This document shows, one piece after another, positions 59,339 to 64,000 of a stretch of 64,000 nt of DNA (the stretch's first letter is position 1; each line of letters begins with the position of its first letter). Source of the DNA: a virus; the IMG/VR virus record IMGVR_UViG_3300035698_018106, positions 102,717-166,716 of that record, one strand, 5' to 3'. The notes beneath the pieces are model-generated. The model was not told the origin of the DNA, made no database searches, and worked only from the letters and a program-made list of their open reading frames with translations. The position numbers and the translations under genes were made by a program.

Positions 59339-62300
59339 TAAGGTGGAAATCCAGGAAATCCAAATGTTTTAGCTCCGGTTGGTACAAAATTAGTAGTTAG
59401 CCATGCCCCCCATTTTATATTTTTTATTGGATTTAATTCTTCATATGCTGGAAAGGCATCTTTATTCTTTATTAATATTGATGATGCTTTTCTAATAGCT
59501 TCGAATTTTTGCTCGTTAAATTCAACTATACCTGACATAAATCCTTCATTATCTAATTTAAATGGCTTTTGTATTTTATTTACAATAGATTGATTAGATA
59601 ATTTATTTAAATCATCATCAATTTTTTTAAAAACTCTAGGACTTGGAGGACTTTTAATTGTTGCAAAAAAATCGGCTTGATAAGGTTGAAGTGTTATTGG
59701 AAGTGGAGCTACTATCTTCTCTGCTTTATCAATTAATTGTATTAAAGAATCTAGTGTTGTATTAATAGTTTTTTCGGATACTTCTAAAGATTTAAGTACT
59801 TTATCTGTATTGTTAATTCCAATAGAACCACCTCTAGAAACAGGTTCAATTAATGCGTATTTTTTCTCTAATTTCCATTTATTAGATTTTAGTTTAGTTT
59901 CTTCTTCTTTTAATATGTTTTTCTTAGATTCCCATATTAAAGATATCTTTTTATTTTTAGTAGTTTTTGGTGGTCTATTATTCTTATGATTTTGATATGA
60001 TTGAGTAGCTAATTTAATATCAGGCTCTATTTTATTAATATCATTTTTTATTACATCTAAGTGTTTTTGAACAGTATCCTTTTTAAGACTACTTAGTTGA
60101 TTTAATAATTTTTCTTTAATTTTATTAATTTGTTTTTTAATTACAGCAATAGGATCAGCTAATGGTAATGCATATCCACTAGTTAGATTTACAAATAAAG
60201 TAAAAGGAAATATATAAATACCTGTTATTGATAATCCAAATACTATAAATCCATAATCAGTTTCTATTGGCTTTATTGGAATATAAACCGTAGGTAATTT
60301 AAGAGGTCCTGTTGGTAATATTAATCCCGTTGACCACCCAGTTATAGGATTTAATACACTTGCTAATGTAGCTGCTGACATATATTTAAACCAATACTTA
60401 TTGTTACTCATATCTGTTGAACTGGCTTCTATCCCATCAGGTAAACATATACCTGTTTTATCATCAGGATCATTAGTTATAACATATTTTCTGTATATAA
60501 CATCAGTAGTTTCTATATTATAATATTTTAAAGATGATGGTAAATTATTTAATCTATCTTCTAATTCTTTAATTTCTAACGGAATATTTTCAAATCTTTT
60601 CCATATCGTTTTTATATAATTATCAATCCAATTCCCTTCGGTTATAACTCTAGATTTTTTATTAGAAGACTTTTTAGATTTATATTTTTTGGTAATATAT
60701 GTTATGTTAATTTTAAATTCTACTAAAAATAAAATTTTGTTGACATATAATTTATTATCATTATCATTTAATTTATTCTTTTTTGCTATACTATTAAGCC
60801 AGTCTTCTACATCACTTAATTTTTTATTTTGGTTATATAACCAAACACCTGTACCAAAATTTTTTCGTTGTGACTTAGTAATTCCATCTTGAAAATCTAC
60901 CATTAACTCATCACCTTTATCTGATATAGTTTTAGATTTCTGTCCATCAATTACATATCGTTCATTTATAAATTGATTAATTTTTAATCTAAAATCAGCT
61001 TCAATTGAATTAGGATCTTTAATACCATTTAGATTTACACCTAATTCAAATAAATAATATTCTATCATTGAATACTCCCCATCTAAAGGAACTGTTTTTT
61101 TAGCTATATTTTTTGATGATACCATAACATCTTTTAAATATCGATACAAAGATATATCTTCTTTATCAATATCTTCTTTTATTAAAGTAAGTGTTTCATT
61201 TACAGCATTTTTCTTTACATTACTTTCACCTGTTATTTGTTTAATAGCTTTATTATAAATATCATAATTATAATCCCAAGTCTTTTTTAATGAATCAAAT
61301 TGTTTACGCATATTAATATTAAGGCCTATTAGTGATTTTGCGGATGGATTACTAGTAGTAATAATAGAATGTCTCATCATAATAGGATATAAAGATACTA
61401 CTTCCCAATCCTTTAAAAACATCTTAACATCTGACAATTCCTGATATTTAGAGTTTAACTCTTCTAATGTTTGTCCTAAAACCGTATCTGTAGGTTCTGA
61501 GATGTCACTGATTACAATAGAAGAATCATGTAATATGGTAACTTTACCATTAATAGGAGAGTACACTGATTGATCCCCTATTATAGCTATTTTAGTTTTT
61601 GAATTTATAATTTGTCCTTTTTTAACTAATAAATTCCATTTGTCTTTTCGTATATTTTCTATAATTGCTTTAGTTGAATAATCAGGAGCAAAACTAGAAT
61701 TAAATATCAATTCTGGTTCGGAAATTCCTGGAATTGGACAAGAAAATTCAGCGGCTTTTATAGCAAATGGTTCTTTTGGCACTATACTTTCATCATCTTC
61801 TGTATGTTGACATATTAATTCAGTATCTAATTCAAAATTAGATGGCAATATATTATCAATAGTATTTTGAATATCATTGATAATTGAAATATCTTCATTA
61901 TTATCAGATGAATATACATAATCTAAACACATTTTTTCTTTAAGCTTATCTTCAGCATTTTTTTGAGATTTTTTCTTATTAGATAAGTATATAAATGAAG
62001 CAATTCCAATAGTTATAATTAATACATCTATTTTTTTGAAAGCAGACTTTATTTCATCCCATTCATCTCCATTATTTTTTTGGATAGATGATAGTGTTAT
62101 TCTAATTATTTTTTGTATATGTTTTATTCTAAAATTAGAAGGAAAATCTGTATCTTTTAGTAAATTAATAGCTAATTTAGTAACATACACATATAAAACT
62201 AATGTATTGATATATTTAGAATTATCACTTATATAATTTGTTGCAGAATCTTTTAAATTATTTGTTTTCATTATACCATCGAAATGGTTTTTATTAGTTT

Positions 62301-62751
62301 TGTTTAAACAACATAATTCATTTTTAATAAATTTATCAATTTTAGAAGATAAATCATCTGATTCAGAAAAATCTCCATCTTTAATATTATCTATTAAATT
62401 ATATTCTCCTAACTTATCAAATGTCGCAGTATGTAATGCTTCACATTTAAGTAATGCTGCATTAACTATATTATCAGATTCTAAATCATTAGATATTGAT
62501 AATATAGCATTTGTATACGGATTTTTTTTTATATCTACTTTTAATTGATTTATGTCATCTAAATTAAAACCGTTTGTTTTTGATTGGTTCTTTTTGATTA
62601 ATTTAGACATTGTTTCTTCTAATGTTTTTAATCCTTGAGAAAAAAGCAAGTCAAGAGACTTCGGAATACTAAAAAAATCAAGTTCTTCTTTTAATGATTT
62701 TGTTAATATTCCAGACAAAAATTTTAAAATTTCTTTGGCTATAGCTGTCAT
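59335..62751 (-). CDS. large protein with internal hydrophobic/TM segments and helical regions (tape-measure-like or ejected internal protein candidate)
   Basis: 1138 aa. Hydrophobic stretches VLIITIGIASFIYLS and GFIVFGLSITGIYIFPFTLFVNL. It lies next to the hub spike gene. Confidence 0.4.
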   Translation of the reverse strand: MTAIAKEILKFLSGILTKSLKEELDFFSIPKSLDLLFSQGLKTLEETMSKLIKKNQSKTNGFNLDDINQLKVDIKKNPYTNAILSISNDLESDNIVNAALLKCEALHTATFDKLGEYNLIDNIKDGDFSESDDLSSKIDKFIKNELCCLNKTNKNHFDGIMKTNNLKDSATNYISDNSKYINTLVLYVYVTKLAINLLKDTDFPSNFRIKHIQKIIRITLSSIQKNNGDEWDEIKSAFKKIDVLIITIGIASFIYLSNKKKSQKNAEDKLKEKMCLDYVYSSDNNEDISIINDIQNTIDNILPSNFELDTELICQHTEDDESIVPKEPFAIKAAEFSCPIPGISEPELIFNSSFAPDYSTKAIIENIRKDKWNLLVKKGQIINSKTKIAIIGDQSVYSPINGKVTILHDSSIVISDISEPTDTVLGQTLEELNSKYQELSDVKMFLKDWEVVSLYPIMMRHSIITTSNPSAKSLIGLNINMRKQFDSLKKTWDYNYDIYNKAIKQITGESNVKKNAVNETLTLIKEDIDKEDISLYRYLKDVMVSSKNIAKKTVPLDGEYSMIEYYLFELGVNLNGIKDPNSIEADFRLKINQFINERYVIDGQKSKTISDKGDELMVDFQDGITKSQRKNFGTGVWLYNQNKKLSDVEDWLNSIAKKNKLNDNDNKLYVNKILFLVEFKINITYITKKYKSKKSSNKKSRVITEGNWIDNYIKTIWKRFENIPLEIKELEDRLNNLPSSLKYYNIETTDVIYRKYVITNDPDDKTGICLPDGIEASSTDMSNNKYWFKYMSAATLASVLNPITGWSTGLILPTGPLKLPTVYIPIKPIETDYGFIVFGLSITGIYIFPFTLFVNLTSGYALPLADPIAVIKKQINKIKEKLLNQLSSLKKDTVQKHLDVIKNDINKIEPDIKLATQSYQNHKNNRPPKTTKNKKISLIWESKKNILKEEETKLKSNKWKLEKKYALIEPVSRGGSIGINNTDKVLKSLEVSEKTINTTLDSLIQLIDKAEKIVAPLPITLQPYQADFFATIKSPPSPRVFKKIDDDLNKLSNQSIVNKIQKPFKLDNEGFMSGIVEFNEQKFEAIRKASSILIKNKDAFPAYEELNPIKNIKWGAWLTTNFVPTGAKTFGFPGFPPY

Positions 62752-62753
62752 AA

Positions 62754-63353
62754 TTATTCATTCACTGGGATAACATGCTCTTTTCTGATTTGTTCTCCTT
62801 CTTCATCATGAAAAGAGTATACTCCTTTTCTAAAAGTTAATTCAAACGGTTCTTCTAATTTTTTGGCATATTTTTTACCTTCTCCTGGATTAACATATGC
62901 TAACGTCATATGTGGGTGATAATCTGGATAAGTTTGAGTGTTACTAAAATTATTTTCAAATTTATCTCTATATTGTTGAAGCTGATCACTAACAGGTACA
63001 TCATATTTAACAACATCATATTCTTCACCTTCAAAATATGAAATTTCATCTACTGTTACAGTAAGTGCTTCAATATCATTTTGTATAAGGTCCATTATTA
63101 TTTCCGGATCAATTTCATCCTCATGAATTCCGTATAATACAGTTACATGGGGATTATCTTCTAAACCGTATGAATCATCATATGGCTTTGTATATACATC
63201 TTTGGGGTCAATACCATCAGTATGTTTTTCCTTCCAATCAGAAATATCATTGGCATCTAACATAACACAACCATATGTCTTTTGTTCTTTATTTTTCTTA
63301 GGTTTTTCTTGATTGGTACTATCCCACTCATTTATTGATATAAATTTCTTCAT
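62754..63353 (-). CDS. 2H phosphoesterase (LigT / cyclic phosphodiesterase superfamily)
   Basis: 199 aa. Two H-x-T-x motifs about 75 aa apart: NPHVTVLYG and HPHMTLAYV. Confidence 0.55.
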   Translation of the reverse strand: MKKFISINEWDSTNQEKPKKNKEQKTYGCVMLDANDISDWKEKHTDGIDPKDVYTKPYDDSYGLEDNPHVTVLYGIHEDEIDPEIIMDLIQNDIEALTVTVDEISYFEGEEYDVVKYDVPVSDQLQQYRDKFENNFSNTQTYPDYHPHMTLAYVNPGEGKKYAKKLEEPFELTFRKGVYSFHDEEGEQIRKEHVIPVNE

Positions 63354-64000
63354 TATATTGATATTTTTACATTAGTACTTGCCATTGCAATTTTAGCTGC
63401 CTGAACTTGCCCCACCATCGCTCCGCCTGTTATTGGTATTTTTGCATTATCCATCGCAGTAGCCATTGTATTTAATAAAGCAAAAACTGGTTCGGCTAAT
63501 AAAGCTTGTCTATATGGTCCTGGTCCAATTTTTGTTGTATTAGATCCAGCTATTATTACTTCATCTGCTGTTACTTCTACTTTAGATGCTGCAGCAACAT
63601 TTACTTCATTCTTTGTTACTATTCTAGTTACATCTGATTCCATTTGTATGATAGAATCACCATCTTCTGTAGATAATGTTATCATAGAATCTGGTGTAAT
63701 TTGCATATATGATTCTTTATAGAAAAATAATAATCCAGACTGAGATTGATGCATTATCTTAATATTATAATCCGGATCCCATAATAAAACATGAGTCCCT
63801 TCATAATCTTCTTTTATCTCATTAACTAGATCATTATCGATATTTTGTAAAGCATTTATTTCCGGAGACGAGATATCTCCATTATTAAATTCTATTCTTA
63901 CGAATTGTCCAATTTTTGGTACAGATAAATTACCACTTCCTGACGAACCATATATACTATTGTTTACAGGTGTTGCCCATGGTATATGTTCATCTATAAT
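63353..64000 (-). CDS. baseplate hub / central spike protein, gp5/gpV (VgrG-like) family. Partial: the N-terminus lies beyond the window end.
   Basis: The reading frame is open from 64000 down to the stop at 63353. The upstream part translates to ...PKIGQFVRIEFNNGDISSPEINALQ..., which fits the phage gpV/gp5 OB-domain signature (P.VG..V.V.F..GD...P). The C-terminal part is Ala/Gly-rich (TKIGPGPYRQALLAEPVFALLNTMATAMDNAKIPITGG). Confidence 0.5.
   Translation of the reverse strand: MIDEHIPWATPVNNSIYGSSGSGNLSVPKIGQFVRIEFNNGDISSPEINALQNIDNDLVNEIKEDYEGTHVLLWDPDYNIKIMHQSQSGLLFFYKESYMQITPDSMITLSTEDGDSIIQMESDVTRIVTKNEVNVAAASKVEVTADEVIIAGSNTTKIGPGPYRQALLAEPVFALLNTMATAMDNAKIPITGGAMVGQVQAAKIAMASTNVKISI

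Overview
This AT-rich window (about 30% GC, estimated by eye) is from a T4-like contractile-tailed phage (myovirus). The left two-thirds, 1 to about 30 kb, is almost entirely minus-strand and is a DNA replication and nucleotide-metabolism module. In order it carries: an NAD+-dependent DNA ligase (LigA-like, partial, with an internal in-frame TAA); a GMP-reductase-like TIM-barrel enzyme; a class II ribonucleotide reductase (NrdJ-like, NPCGE motif plus C-terminal Zn ribbon); only the N-terminal exonuclease half of a T4 gp43-type family-B DNA polymerase; a DUF4406 (deoxyribosyltransferase-fold) protein; a dUTPase; a Lar-like Zn-ribbon protein; two HAD phosphatases; a hyper-acidic tandem-repeat protein; two paralogous Rnl1-like RNA-ligase proteins, each with a cytidylyltransferase-like domain; UvsW helicase; gp61 primase; gp32 SSB; an amidase_2 endolysin; and a RuvC-like resolvase. 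The right third, about 30 to 64 kb, is a virion baseplate and tail-fibre module. It includes a gp25-like wedge protein, a gp6-like protein by synteny, a fibre with a C-terminal intramolecular-chaperone (S74) domain, a collagen-like beta-helix fibre, several very large N/S-rich structural proteins, and a gp5/gpV-like hub spike running off the right edge. Interspersed in this module are a four-S1-domain (bS1-like) RNA-binding protein, a three-fold internally repeated 599-aa protein, two small membrane proteins and a 2H phosphoesterase. Six rho-independent terminators plus a 30-bp palindromic hairpin are visible. A 17-nt motif, GGATATATAAAATAAAA, recurs upstream of three genes. A 345-bp non-coding region contains two ~65-bp direct repeats, each with a hairpin. 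Nearly all genes lack a Shine-Dalgarno sequence. I saw no tRNA genes, CRISPR arrays or homing endonucleases. All homology calls rest on motifs read by eye, since no searches could be run.
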